Shown: positions 46,738-57,317, numbered from the stretch's first letter. The stretch is DNA of 64,000 bases from Polyangiales bacterium (GCA_044229975.1 JBGARZ010000006.1:256001-320000); one strand, 5' to 3'. Notes: generated from the letters alone by a model not told the origin. Numbers and translations are program-made.

Positions 46738-46902
46738 CGGGCCCACGCCGCAGCGTCAGCGCGGCGCGCAACGGTCACGCCCGCAGGCACCGGGCCTACG
46801 CCGCGGCGTCAGCGCGGCGCGCGATCTTCGCGGGCGACGGTCCAGAACGGGGACTGTGAATGTGGTGGATGCGCGCCGCGCTGACGTCGCGGCGTAGGCC
46901 CG
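46738..46902. repeat. Cluster of three 32-bp REP-like repeats (46738-46769, 46791-46822 direct; 46871-46902 inverted)
   Basis: Consensus cgggccYacgccgcRRcgtcagcgcggcgcgc, intergenic. Confidence 0.85.
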
Positions 46903-46935
46903 AGGCGCAGGTCGCGCCCGATGGGACGGCGGGGC

Positions 46936-49044
46936 TTACTGATCGGCAGGCTGGAGGTTGAACGGATAGTTCACCGTCACCACGCCGCCGCCCTCGGGAG
47001 CCGGGAACTGCCAGCGCCGCACCGCGTTGGCGATGCACTCGCCGACGCTCGGCACCGGGATGGAGCTGTCGGCCACGTTGGAGCCGATGACCGTGCCCGT
47101 ACCGCCGATGACGAAGCGGACCACCACGCGACCCGCGATGTTGGGGCTCGTGGCGAGACCCTGCTCGTAGCAGTGGTTCACCTGGCCGAGGTTGCGGAGC
47201 ACCACGCGACGGATGGCTTCCGGCGACAGAAGACCCGACACGCTCGGGGGCGCCGCGCGCACCGTCGGACCACCGGTGCCACGGTTGCGGAGACCGCGAC
47301 CCGCGCCGGAGCCGTAGCCCTGACCCGATCCGGTGCCCGAGCCGTGGCCCATCGTCCCGATGTTGCCCATGCCGATGGTGCCTTCGCCGGTACCACCACC
47401 ACCCCAGCCCGTACCGGCGGCGCCGAGGCCGCCGAAGCCGAACGCATCACCGGTGGTATCGCCGGTCATGTTGCCGTTGGCGTTGGTGTTGTCGACGCCC
47501 GACTCGGTCATCGCGCCGAAGGGCGCCACGACGCCAGAGGCGCCGCCCGCCATGCCGCCGCCCGCCGCGCCGAGGGACGCGAAGATGCCGCGGTTCTGCA
47601 CGGCGTTGATGGCGGCCTGACGGGTGAGGTGCGGGGGCTCGCCGTTGTTCTTGATGGCGTAGCGGGCGTTGCGCGACGGCGCGTCACGCCGACCCATCTT
47701 GCCTTCGTCGCCGCGGTGACGGGTGCCCGTGCCGCCCTCCTGCTGGTCGTTCGCCTGCTGCTGCGGCGGGGGCTCGGGCTGGCGCTCCTGCTGACGCTGG
47801 ATGAAGGCCGCGAGCTCGCGCAGACGGTCGTCTTCGTTGCCCGACGAGAGGAAGCCCGAGTCGTCGCTGATGGCGAAGTGCATCGTGAGCACCGCCGCCG
47901 CGACGAAGAGGAAGCCACCCGCGACGGAGCCGATGAGGGCGTTGTCGCGCTTGACGTGCCCGGCCACCACGCGTCCCGGAGCCACCACCTTCGCGACGAA
48001 GGTGAGCCCGCCGACCTCCTGGCGATAGCGGCCGTCAGGCTGGATGTTGACCTCGAAGGCGCCCGGCACCGCGGACGACGGCCGCGCGTGGCCTTGGGCC
48101 TTGAGATCTTCGAGCGTGCGCTTCGAGCCCTGGAGCTCGACCTCGCCCGTGGCGCCCGGCAAGAACACGAAGCGCGTGCCCGAGCTGTTGACCACCACGG
48201 GGAGCTCGTTGGCCCCGCCGAGGATCTCCGACCCCACCGTGAACCGCGCCACGTCGGAAAGACGATCTTCGTTCTTGTGGCTGAGGTTGATGCCGATGCC
48301 CGAGCCGACCAGCGCGGTGAGGGCGCCGACGCCGCCGACGATGATGCCGCTGTTGTCGTTGAGGTGCTGCGGGTCGGCCTTGGCCGCGCCCACCGCCATG
48401 AGCAGTCCGCCGACGCCCCAGAGCGCGCCCGTCACCTTGGACGCGGGCGTCATCGCGAGGTCTTTCCCCGTGAGGAGGAAGCTCTGGTTGTCGCGCAGGT
48501 GCGCCACGTGGAGGATCGAGCTCTTCCACATCACCGAGATCTCGACGGCGTGCGAGCCGACCTCCTCGACCTCGTGGGGATTGATCTCGCCGCGCTTGAT
48601 GAGCTGGTAGATCTCGTCGCCTTCGCCCGCGAGCGCCGACGTGGTGATGGGCGCCGAGCCACCCTCCGCCACGACCACCGACGCAGCCGCGGCACCGAGC
48701 GGCGCAGCCACGGACGCAGGAACAAACGCCCCCGCCTCGCGCGCTTCGCCCACCGAAACGGTGATCTGCGTGCTGCCCAGGGTGATGACGTCGTTGGTGT
48801 GCAGCGCCGCCTTGCTGATGGCCTGCCCGTTGACCAGCGTGCCCGACCCGAGGTCGATGATCTGCACGTCGTCGGGCTTCACCTCGATGACGGCGTGCAT
48901 CCGCGTGACGCCTTCGTCGTCGATGCGGAGGTGGGACTTCTGGTCACGGCCGACCTTGATCACGTCCTGGGCAATGGTCTCGGTGCGGACCGAGGTGCCC
49001 TGAACGATCGTGAACGTGATTGGAACCACCATCTTCTGCGCCAT
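46936..49044 (-). CDS. gltG: GltG/PglI-like protein: FHA + TM + Gly-rich + TonB_C (AgmX/PglI C-terminal)
   Basis: FHA 'IKVGR...SHLRIDDEGVTRMHA...GTLVNG'; C-terminal 'CYEQGL...GRVVVRF...CI...WQFPAPEGGGVVTVNYPF'. Confidence 0.85.
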   Translation of the reverse strand: MAQKMVVPITFTIVQGTSVRTETIAQDVIKVGRDQKSHLRIDDEGVTRMHAVIEVKPDDVQIIDLGSGTLVNGQAISKAALHTNDVITLGSTQITVSVGEAREAGAFVPASVAAPLGAAAASVVVAEGGSAPITTSALAGEGDEIYQLIKRGEINPHEVEEVGSHAVEISVMWKSSILHVAHLRDNQSFLLTGKDLAMTPASKVTGALWGVGGLLMAVGAAKADPQHLNDNSGIIVGGVGALTALVGSGIGINLSHKNEDRLSDVARFTVGSEILGGANELPVVVNSSGTRFVFLPGATGEVELQGSKRTLEDLKAQGHARPSSAVPGAFEVNIQPDGRYRQEVGGLTFVAKVVAPGRVVAGHVKRDNALIGSVAGGFLFVAAAVLTMHFAISDDSGFLSSGNEDDRLRELAAFIQRQQERQPEPPPQQQANDQQEGGTGTRHRGDEGKMGRRDAPSRNARYAIKNNGEPPHLTRQAAINAVQNRGIFASLGAAGGGMAGGASGVVAPFGAMTESGVDNTNANGNMTGDTTGDAFGFGGLGAAGTGWGGGGTGEGTIGMGNIGTMGHGSGTGSGQGYGSGAGRGLRNRGTGGPTVRAAPPSVSGLLSPEAIRRVVLRNLGQVNHCYEQGLATSPNIAGRVVVRFVIGGTGTVIGSNVADSSIPVPSVGECIANAVRRWQFPAPEGGGVVTVNYPFNLQPADQ

Positions 49045-49203
49045 CGCACTCCCTGTCGCGTATGTCGTGACCCGTCTCGGTCACACAACGCTGGCCTTTC
49101 CAGCGAGCACATCGCTCGCCAGAAGCTTCGACAACAGACTCACCCGGAAGTTCCAGGGCGGGCGGCACTGTACCGACCCGCCCCGAGAACCGTCAACGCA
49201 TCC

Positions 49204-49473
49204 TCAGAGGTTCTCGACGGACTTGAGCATCTCGGGGACGAAGTGCTCGCGGATGCGGATGAGGCTGATGCCTGCGCTCCGCCGCCGCACCCGCGAGGTC
49301 TCGCCGTCCGGCCGCACCAGCTGGCCCTGCACGAGCTCGTCGGTGAAGTTGAACTCCTGCGTGCGACCGCCGCCCGCCGCTGCGCCGCCCGCCGCCGGCG
49401 GGGTCTGCGCCATCGCGCTCCCGCCGAGGGTCATCGCCGCGCCCATCACCACCATCGCCACGATCTTCTTCAT
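49204..49473 (-). CDS. gltF: GltF/CglF-like small secreted gliding motility protein
   Basis: Signal peptide + 'FTDELVQGQLVRPDG...SLIRIREHFVPEMLKSVENL'; synteny. Confidence 0.8.
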   Translation of the reverse strand: MKKIVAMVVMGAAMTLGGSAMAQTPPAAGGAAAGGGRTQEFNFTDELVQGQLVRPDGETSRVRRRSAGISLIRIREHFVPEMLKSVENL

Positions 49474-49507
49474 AAAGTCTCTACGCCTCGATGTTTGTCG
49501 GTGAACG

Positions 49508-50962
49508 TTACGGGTTTGCCGCAGGCGCCGCCGGCTGTCCAGCAGCGGGCGCTGCGGCCGGGGCCGCGGCGGGGGCCGCACCTGCCGCGGGAGCAGGCGT
49601 GGCTTCGGGCGTGGGGGTCGCGCCCGGGGCCGGGGTTGGGGTCGTGCCGCCGCCCACGGCCTGGAGGGCCGTGATCGTCTGACCGATGTTGCGGATGTGC
49701 CGGTTGGCGTTGGTCACCGACGTCAGGAAGCGGGCGTTGGAGCCCGCCCGCTGCACGAACTGCTGCAACAGCTCCTGCGCCGTCCGCAGCACCGGGATGG
49801 TGCCGCCCATGTAGTTCATGTTGAGAACGCCGAGGTTGTAGTAGGCGTCGGGGCGGTTGGCGTCGAGGGTGCGCGCCCGCTCGTACTCCTGCTGGGCCCG
49901 GGCGAGGGTCTGCGCCCGCTCGGCGTCGGGCTGCGTGAGCGCGAGGCCGCGCAGCGCCACGCCGAGGCCGATGTGTGCGTCGTAGCTGTCGTCGCGCAGT
50001 GCGATGGCGTGCTCGAAGGCCTCCTTCGCGTCCTGGTACCCGCGGAACGACAGGTTGATCGTGCCGTAGTTGATCCACGCCTCGAACATCGTCGGGTTGA
50101 GCGTGTACGCGCGGCGGAAGTGCTCCAGCGCCTTGATGATCTCGTTGCGCCGGATGTCGATGATGCCCCACGTGTTGTAGACGTCCGCGCTGAACGTCCG
50201 CACGTCCGGCGCGAGGTCGGCGTTGGACGCCTGCGCCACCTGAGCAGCCTGCGCGCACACGAGGCCCGCGAGGAAGATCATGCGCGAGTTGGGGTCGTCG
50301 CCCGCCTGCTGGAGGTACGACAGCGCGAGCTGGTTGCGGGCCGGGATGTACCGGTCGTCGAGGGCCAGCGCCGAGCGGATGTTGCGCACCACGGGCGCCC
50401 AGTCCTGCGGCGTCGTGGGGTTGGCTTCGCGCAGCACCAGCGCGAGGTTGGTGTAGCCCTCCACGCAGTGCGTCGGGTCTTGCTGGATGGCCTGCTCGAA
50501 GGCCTGCCGCGCGCCCGCGACGTCGTGGCGGCGGTAGGCCATCACGCCGAGCTGCACCTTGGCGCGGCAGTAGTTGCCGTTGGCCGCGGTGAGCGCGCGG
50601 TTGAGCGCCGTCGCGGCCTGCTCGTTCATCCCGCAGCGGTCGAAGACCAGTCCGCGGTTGAACCACGCGTCGGGGAAGTTGCCGTTGGCCTGCGCGCCCG
50701 CGGCCTGCTCGAAGAGCCCCGCGACCTCGTTGCAGGTCTCCGGCGTCCAGTCGCCGCGGTTGCCGTTGGCCTCGTCGTGCGTGCGCATCGCCGTGGCCGC
50801 GCTGTTGAAGCGCGTGTTGGCCGTCTCGTTGACCGCCGTGCCGGCGGCCGTGGTGATGGTCTGCCCGTTCGCGGCGCGAGCGGGCGTGGTGGGGGTCGCG
50901 GGTCGGCTGCACGCGGCCAGCGAGAGGAGGGCGATCGCGCCGTGGATTGCTCGGTTCTTCAT
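49508..50962 (-). CDS. gltE: GltE/AglT-like TPR lipoprotein
   Basis: Lipobox 'LAAC', TPRs, 'NYGTINLSFRGY', Pro/Ala tail; synteny. Confidence 0.75.
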   Translation of the reverse strand: MKNRAIHGAIALLSLAACSRPATPTTPARAANGQTITTAAGTAVNETANTRFNSAATAMRTHDEANGNRGDWTPETCNEVAGLFEQAAGAQANGNFPDAWFNRGLVFDRCGMNEQAATALNRALTAANGNYCRAKVQLGVMAYRRHDVAGARQAFEQAIQQDPTHCVEGYTNLALVLREANPTTPQDWAPVVRNIRSALALDDRYIPARNQLALSYLQQAGDDPNSRMIFLAGLVCAQAAQVAQASNADLAPDVRTFSADVYNTWGIIDIRRNEIIKALEHFRRAYTLNPTMFEAWINYGTINLSFRGYQDAKEAFEHAIALRDDSYDAHIGLGVALRGLALTQPDAERAQTLARAQQEYERARTLDANRPDAYYNLGVLNMNYMGGTIPVLRTAQELLQQFVQRAGSNARFLTSVTNANRHIRNIGQTITALQAVGGGTTPTPAPGATPTPEATPAPAAGAAPAAAPAAAPAAGQPAAPAANP

Positions 50963-50979
50963 CGTCGTCTCTCCCGCTC

Positions 50980-53900
50980 TCACTGCGCGCCCGGCGTCGC
51001 CGCCGCTGCCCCGCCCTGACCCTGCTCGGCCGGCTCTTCCTCGCCCTCGGCGGACGTCTGGAGCTGGTACACCGGGCGGCTGTTGGTCGCCCGCGAGAAC
51101 ACCAGGTTCGGCTCCACGCGCACCTCGTCGGCGAGCGGGAAGCGCACGCGGTCGATCTCGTAGAGCTCACGCTCGCAGAGCTGCGACCACTCGTTGAACC
51201 AGTGCACCTGCGTCGCCGTCCGGATGCAGCGCTGGAAGCCCTCGCTCGCCGTGTTCATGAACGGCTGCGTGCGCTGGTCGAGCACCAGTCGGTACGCGTC
51301 GAGGAGCTCGTCGTTGCGCTGGATGTCGGGCGGAATCGGCGCGTTACGGATCGTCTGCGCGAACTGGTAGTACATGTCCGCGAGGCGCGAGACCGCCGCG
51401 ATCTCCCAGTTGGGCACGTGCATGTTCACCACCTCGACGTACTTGGCCGTGGCCGAGTCGAGGAGGCCCTGGCGCGTGCGGATGTACGGGGTGAGCGAGC
51501 GCTCGACCCACGCGTCGAACGCGCGGCGGTTGGTGCCCGGGTTGCGCGGGAAGCGCTCGTTCTGGAAGCGCTGGTAGAGCACCTCGGCGAGGTAGAAGCG
51601 CGCCTCCGCGACGGAGTCCTTGCTGCGCTCGATGGCATCGCCAGCCTCGTCGCCGAGCTGCTGACGGATGGTCGCCTGGCCCGGCGAGGTCATCGCCGCG
51701 CCTTCGCCCGTCGACGGCCCCCAGGCGTCGACGGCCTGCTGGTAGTAGGCGGTCGCCTGACGGACGTTGTCGGTGTTCCAGTAGCCGCGCGCGAGGGCGA
51801 CGGCCCCCTGGATCTTCTGGTCGAGCGTGCCCTGCGCCGCGTAGGTGCGCATGAAGCCCTCGTAGTGGCGGACGAGGTCGTTCCACGCCTGGCGGATCTG
51901 CTGGTCGCGGGCGCGGCGCTCGTCCGTGCTCGTCGTCGCCGTGCGGCGCAGGCGCGCCACGCGGTCGGTGTAGATCTGCCCGATGGAGAACACCACGTTG
52001 GCGGCCACGCGGCGTCGCGCGGCGTCGTTGCCGAAGTAGCGCGCGAACTTCTGCGCGTTCTGGAGCGCGTGGTCTTCCTCGCCGAGGCCGATGCGGAAGA
52101 GCGTCGCCTGGCGGAGCGCGTCGGCGGCCTGCTGGACCGGGTCTTCGACCGGCGCGTTGGGGAGCAGCCGACGAGCCGCCTCGGCAGCCGCGACGGCGGC
52201 CTGGCGGTTGTTGTTCACGTACTCGGCGTACTGCTCGTAGAGGTCGGCCGCGCGGCCGAACACCTGGATCGCGTGGTTGTTGCCCGCGAGGCGGTAGAGC
52301 GCGCGCTGGGCCCACGGGCTGTTGCGCGGCAGGAAGATCTGCACGAGGCGCTCACGAACGCGCATCGCGCGGCCGAGGAGGAAGGCCGCGTCGTACTCGA
52401 TCGCGGCGTTGTAGAGCATCTCGTCGAGGCGGCCGCACTCGCGGTGCGTGCGGACGATCTGCACGTACTCGCGGGCCGACTCGGCGAAGCGGCCGGTGCC
52501 GTGGAGCGACTCCGCCTTCTTGCGGAGCACCTGGCACTGCAGCTCCTCCACGCGGCGGCAGAAGTCTTCGTGCTGCGGGCGCAGCGCGGCGGTGCAGAAG
52601 CGGGTCATCAGCTCCGGCAGCTCCTGCGCCATCGCGTCGTAGCAGGCGGGGCGCTGCGGGTTCCACATGTCGCCCATGACGTTGAGCGAGTCGAGGAAGA
52701 GGTCGGCCGAGATCTCGCGGAGGTTCTCCGGGTCGGGCACCGCGGCGTCGGAGTGCGCGATGTCCTTGAAGAGCGTCGCCGCCTCCTCGAAGTGGTTCGC
52801 CACGTAGTACACGTACGCGCGGCGGTACTTGATCGTCAGCATGATGGTGCGCGGGTCTTCCCCTTCGGGCCCACGCTGGGTGTTCTCGCCCACGAAGCAC
52901 GTGTAGCGGGTGAACGCCCGGAGCATGCCGGTCTCGCGCGGGTTGAGGTCGCGCGGCACCACACGGACGCGGTCGGCCGTGCGCCGCTGCGCGTCGGTCT
53001 GGCGCACGTTGGCGCCGGCGCCGTTCTGCCGACCCTGGTTACGCGCGGTCGCGTTGGTGTTGGTCGTGGTGAACGAGTCGTTGTAGCAAAGCACCGCCTT
53101 GTACGCGGCGTCTTCGGTGTACTCGCCGCCGGGGTTCATCTCGACGACGGCGTCGTAGGCGGGGCCGCAGCGCTCGTTGTCGCCCATGTCGCGGAGGATG
53201 TCGGCGCGGTAGTACGCGACGCGGTAGCGCGTCGGCCAGTCGCGGCGGTCGTACTCCTGGAACTCGACCTGATCGAACTCGGGGAACTCATCCAGGATCT
53301 TCTGGTAGAGGTCCGCCGTCATGCGCATCGTCTCGGGGTTGCGCGTGCCGCGGGTCTGCTGGGCGCCCTCGGCGCTGCGACCCACGGACTCCAGGTGCCA
53401 GTGCGAGGCGACGTCGAAGGTGACGCGCGCGGCCTGGTTGCGGCACTCGTTCTTGGCTTCGGTCGAGCGGCTGCTCTGACGGAAGGTGTTGTAGACGTCG
53501 ACGAGGCGGTTGACCTCGACGAGCTGCTCGGCCTTCGGGCGCGACGCGACGATGGCGCGGGCGACCTGCGCCTGCCAGAAGCAGAAGCGGTCGGAGTTGG
53601 CGCGGCGCTCCATGAGCGCGTGGTACGAGGCCACGGCGTTGGGCCACTGGCCGGCGTCCTGGTAGAGCTCGGCGAGCTTCTCGAACATCGAGTACGCGTT
53701 GTCCTCGTCCGCGGCGTAGCGCTGGAACGTGGTGAACGCGTTGGCGACGTTGAGCGGCCGCGCGGCGGTGCCGTAGACGGCGCCGTACACGGTCACGAGC
53801 TCCATGCGCGCGTTGCGGAGCAGCGAGGTGACCGAGCCCGCGTTGGGGTGCGCGCGGCCGTAGTCGATGACCTCATAGAACTTGTTGAGCGACCCCTCGA

Positions 53901-54861
53901 AGTCCTGCAGGTTGTAGAGGACCCACGCCATCTTGTAGAGGGCGTAGCCGTAGACCTGGTTCTCCTCGGACTGCACCGAGAGCACGCGCTCGTAGAACTG
54001 ACGCGCGTTCTCCATCTCGCCCTGCTCGAAGAAGTATTCGGCGAAGGAGAGGTAGGCGTTGGGGACGAACGGCGACTGCGGAAACCGCTGGATGAGCGTG
54101 CGGTAGACCGTGCGCGCGTTGTTGAAGTCGTTGCCGTCCTGGTACGCGAAGGCGAGGTAGAACAGCGCGCGGTCCATCTGCGCGTAGTTGGGGTGCGCGT
54201 CGACGAGGTTGCGGAAGGCCGCGATGAGCTGCTCGCGGTACTGCCGGGCCTCGGTGCGCGACGCCGTCTGCCGCGCCGTGATGGCGGCGACCTGCGCGTC
54301 GTTGTGCGCCTGACGTGCCTGGAAGAGATCGTCTTCCAGATCTTCCGCGGCGCCGTTGGCGATGGTGCCGAGCTCCTGATAGTCCTCGGCGAGGCGCATC
54401 AGGGTGTCGGGGCGGTGCGCGTCGGTCACGCTCATGCGCTGCACGAGCGTCGCCGTCAGACGGGCCTCGTTGACGAGCAGGTCGCGGGCGCGCAGCGCCA
54501 CGTCGCGACGGCGCATGATCATGTTGCGGTCGAGGGCCTGACCCGGCGCACGTCGCTCCGCCGCGTGGGCGGGGCGCTCGGTCGCGCGCGCCGCCGCGGG
54601 GGGCGCGGTGTCACGGTGCGAGCCGTAGCGCTGCGACCCGGCGGGGCACTCCAGCGCGCGAGCCCTCGCCTCGGGCGCGATGCAGACGTCCGCCGCCACG
54701 GTCGGAACCGTGGGGATGGGCGTCGCGTCCGTCGTCGCCGCTGCCTGAGTAGTCGCAGGAGCGTTGCCACGGCGAGGCTGCTGCCCGAAGGCCAGCGAAC
54801 CCACCATGGTCAACGTTGCCGCGAGGACCACCGCCACGCTTCGTTGCCTCACCCGAACCAT
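50980..54861 (-). CDS. gltD: GltD/AgmU-like large TPR protein
   Basis: Signal peptide, 'FPQSPFVPNAYLSFAEYFF', 'YALYKMAW', C-terminal 'FNEWSQLCE..L'; synteny. Confidence 0.75.
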   Translation of the reverse strand: MVRVRQRSVAVVLAATLTMVGSLAFGQQPRRGNAPATTQAAATTDATPIPTVPTVAADVCIAPEARARALECPAGSQRYGSHRDTAPPAAARATERPAHAAERRAPGQALDRNMIMRRRDVALRARDLLVNEARLTATLVQRMSVTDAHRPDTLMRLAEDYQELGTIANGAAEDLEDDLFQARQAHNDAQVAAITARQTASRTEARQYREQLIAAFRNLVDAHPNYAQMDRALFYLAFAYQDGNDFNNARTVYRTLIQRFPQSPFVPNAYLSFAEYFFEQGEMENARQFYERVLSVQSEENQVYGYALYKMAWVLYNLQDFEGSLNKFYEVIDYGRAHPNAGSVTSLLRNARMELVTVYGAVYGTAARPLNVANAFTTFQRYAADEDNAYSMFEKLAELYQDAGQWPNAVASYHALMERRANSDRFCFWQAQVARAIVASRPKAEQLVEVNRLVDVYNTFRQSSRSTEAKNECRNQAARVTFDVASHWHLESVGRSAEGAQQTRGTRNPETMRMTADLYQKILDEFPEFDQVEFQEYDRRDWPTRYRVAYYRADILRDMGDNERCGPAYDAVVEMNPGGEYTEDAAYKAVLCYNDSFTTTNTNATARNQGRQNGAGANVRQTDAQRRTADRVRVVPRDLNPRETGMLRAFTRYTCFVGENTQRGPEGEDPRTIMLTIKYRRAYVYYVANHFEEAATLFKDIAHSDAAVPDPENLREISADLFLDSLNVMGDMWNPQRPACYDAMAQELPELMTRFCTAALRPQHEDFCRRVEELQCQVLRKKAESLHGTGRFAESAREYVQIVRTHRECGRLDEMLYNAAIEYDAAFLLGRAMRVRERLVQIFLPRNSPWAQRALYRLAGNNHAIQVFGRAADLYEQYAEYVNNNRQAAVAAAEAARRLLPNAPVEDPVQQAADALRQATLFRIGLGEEDHALQNAQKFARYFGNDAARRRVAANVVFSIGQIYTDRVARLRRTATTSTDERRARDQQIRQAWNDLVRHYEGFMRTYAAQGTLDQKIQGAVALARGYWNTDNVRQATAYYQQAVDAWGPSTGEGAAMTSPGQATIRQQLGDEAGDAIERSKDSVAEARFYLAEVLYQRFQNERFPRNPGTNRRAFDAWVERSLTPYIRTRQGLLDSATAKYVEVVNMHVPNWEIAAVSRLADMYYQFAQTIRNAPIPPDIQRNDELLDAYRLVLDQRTQPFMNTASEGFQRCIRTATQVHWFNEWSQLCERELYEIDRVRFPLADEVRVEPNLVFSRATNSRPVYQLQTSAEGEEEPAEQGQGGAAAATPGAQ

Positions 54862-54911
54862 TGTCGTCTCCGTTGGGGAATCTGTGTGAAGGAGGGGGAA
54901 CGCGTGCGCGG

Positions 54912-56555
54912 TCAGCGACCGCAGCGCGATGCGACCTGCTGGCGGTAGAAGCCCAGCTCGTCGCGCCAGAACTCGCCGTTGAACGGCCAGAGGTTGTGCT
55001 CCTCGTCGGCGGTCACGCGGTTGGCGCGAGCGACGTCGACGGTCACCTGCTGCTGCTGCATCTCCTGCGAGAGCTGGCCGCGGCGGGCGTTGAGGATTTC
55101 GATGAGGATCGCGGTCGCCTGGTTCTGGAGGTCGCCGAGCTCTTCCACGGCGCGCGTGTAGCGGCCGCGGGCGAGGGTGCCGGCGTTCTCGATGGCGAAG
55201 CTCTTCGCGACGGAGATGTCCTGGATGATGCGCGCACCGACGGAGCTGTTGCGGAAGGCCGCGGGCATGCCGTTGTGACGACGCTCTTCGCTCTCGAGCT
55301 GCGCGACGTACTCCAGGTTGCGGAGCAGCGTGCGATCGCTGAACGCGGTCTCGACCACCGGGCGCAGACGGTTCGGCAGGTTGGCGTGACCCTCGCGCAC
55401 GTTCTTGAGGAACTGGAAGAAGCTCGGGTCGTCCTGGTACTGCTGGAGGTAGCGCTCGATCTCGGGGCGCAGGTCGCCGAAGCGCTCGTTGAACTGCGCG
55501 ACCACCTCCTCGGCCTCGTCGTAGCGGCAGTTGGAGAAGAGGATCACGCTCTTCAGCACCATCGCCTCGGGGTACCAGCCGTTGGAGAAGTACGGCGAGA
55601 ACAGCGTGTGGATGTTGCCGAGCGCGCGGGGGTAGTCCTGCTGGAGGAAGTACGCCCAGCTCTCCTCGAAGAGCGCGTCGAGCCAGTACTCGGAGTCGAC
55701 GTCCACGTGGTTCCACGCTTCGATGGCCGACTCGAAGTGGCGCGTCGAGTAGTAGAGGCGCGCGAGCTCGAGCCACGCGAGGTCGCTCATGCGGTCTTCG
55801 TCCTCGACGCCTTCGACACCCTCGTCGAGCGCGTGGAGCACCTCGTTGAAGGCTTCCACACCGGGCTGCGAGCGGCGCGCGTTGACGTGCGAGATGCCCT
55901 CGAAGAACTTCGCCTGCACGTAGTACGGCGACTGGCGCTGCACCTGGCGGAAGAGCGCGATGGCCTCGTCGTAGGCGCCGTCGCGGTACTTGCTCCGGCC
56001 CATGAGGTAGAGGAGCTGGTTGTACAGCCCGCGGCTCTCGTTGTTGTTGAACTGCTGGAGCGCCGTGGTCGGGTAACGACCGACGCGCCGGACGATGTCA
56101 GCGGGCTCGGGAAGCTGCGACGCGAGCTGCGCGAGCCACTGGAGCGTGGCGTTGAAGTAGAGGTGCGACGGACCACGCTCGACGATCTCGTCGAACACCG
56201 CGAGCGCCGACTGGTAGAAGCCCAGGTGGTAGAGGCTCTTGCCCAGGTGGAACTGCGCCTTCTGCTGGTTGGCCGGCGCGTCCTGCGTCTCGCCTTCGAC
56301 GACGCGCTGAAACTGCACCGAGGCTTCCTGGTAGCGCTCCTGCTGGTAGAGGCGCAGGGCGTTGGCGAGCGCCTCGCTGGGCGGGCCTTCGGCGGGCGGC
56401 GCGTCGGCGCTGTTGGTGAAGTCCATGCTGCCCTGAGCGGCCGGTGCCGGCTGACCGGCGGCGCGCGGCTGCGCCCACGCCGAACCCGCCAGACCCACGA
56501 CCATCGCGGCCGTCCCAGCACCCGTGAGCCACTTAGAGAATCGCCTGCGCACCAT
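54912..56555 (-). CDS. gltC: GltC-like TPR gliding motility protein
   Basis: Signal peptide, TPRs, 'ALFEESWA', 'ALGNIHTL', C-terminal 'WPFNGEFWRDELGFY'. Confidence 0.75.
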   Translation of the reverse strand: MVRRRFSKWLTGAGTAAMVVGLAGSAWAQPRAAGQPAPAAQGSMDFTNSADAPPAEGPPSEALANALRLYQQERYQEASVQFQRVVEGETQDAPANQQKAQFHLGKSLYHLGFYQSALAVFDEIVERGPSHLYFNATLQWLAQLASQLPEPADIVRRVGRYPTTALQQFNNNESRGLYNQLLYLMGRSKYRDGAYDEAIALFRQVQRQSPYYVQAKFFEGISHVNARRSQPGVEAFNEVLHALDEGVEGVEDEDRMSDLAWLELARLYYSTRHFESAIEAWNHVDVDSEYWLDALFEESWAYFLQQDYPRALGNIHTLFSPYFSNGWYPEAMVLKSVILFSNCRYDEAEEVVAQFNERFGDLRPEIERYLQQYQDDPSFFQFLKNVREGHANLPNRLRPVVETAFSDRTLLRNLEYVAQLESEERRHNGMPAAFRNSSVGARIIQDISVAKSFAIENAGTLARGRYTRAVEELGDLQNQATAILIEILNARRGQLSQEMQQQQVTVDVARANRVTADEEHNLWPFNGEFWRDELGFYRQQVASRCGR

Positions 56556-56858
56556 CGTTGCCTCGCCTCGCTTCACGTCGCACGTCATCGCATCGACGAC
56601 CACCCGGTCGCCGTCGAGGGGGCGGACTCTACTCAATCACTTCGTGCAAGAGAAGCCGCTTCCCAAACAACGGGCGGAGGACGGTGCGTGTGACTCCGAG
56701 GGGGCCAATGGGACGACGGCGGGGCAGAGGGTCGACCGGGGGTGTTGTGATCGGTGGAGCGCACGCCGCGGGGGGATATAAGGTCTTGACGGGGTTCTTC
56801 GCGCGACGGTAGCGTCCGCTCCGCTCGCCGCTGCGGGCGCGAGGAGATCGGCAATCCC

Positions 56859-57308
56859 GTGAAGAGACTGGCATCGTTGGTGGGCATTGTGGTGATCGGT
56901 CTCCTCGGCGCGACCGGCTGCGCCACCGAGACCGTGGGTGACCCCTGCGCGCCGGGTCGCCCCGGCAACCAGCCGTGTAGCCCCGGCCGCGCGGACGGCG
57001 GCGCCGGGTGCTTCCTCGGCACCGAGATCTACATCGAGACGCAGTCGCTGGAGTGCCGCTCCCGCATCTGCCTCGTGTACCGCTACAACGAGAGCACCGA
57101 CACCAACGGCGCCGAGCGCCCGAAGCACGTGTACTGCACGTGCCGGTGTGGTGTTCCGCCGTCCCTCGCGTCGACCACCGAGGCCTCGGTGCTCTGCCAG
57201 TGCCCCGACAGCTACTCCTGCATCTCCATCGCGGGCGAGCAGTACAACGAGGGCGTCCGCGGTTCGTACTGCGTGCGTACCAGCACCGTCCCCGCCGCCA
57301 CCCGCTAA
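56859..57308 (+). CDS. Cys-rich lipoprotein, CglC/GltK(AgmO)-like
   Basis: Lipobox 'ATGC', 'VGDPC', 'ECRSRICL', 'YCTCRC', 'YCV'; divergent from gltC. Confidence 0.6.
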   Translation: MKRLASLVGIVVIGLLGATGCATETVGDPCAPGRPGNQPCSPGRADGGAGCFLGTEIYIETQSLECRSRICLVYRYNESTDTNGAERPKHVYCTCRCGVPPSLASTTEASVLCQCPDSYSCISIAGEQYNEGVRGSYCVRTSTVPAATR

Positions 57309-57317
57309 GCGCTCCGC

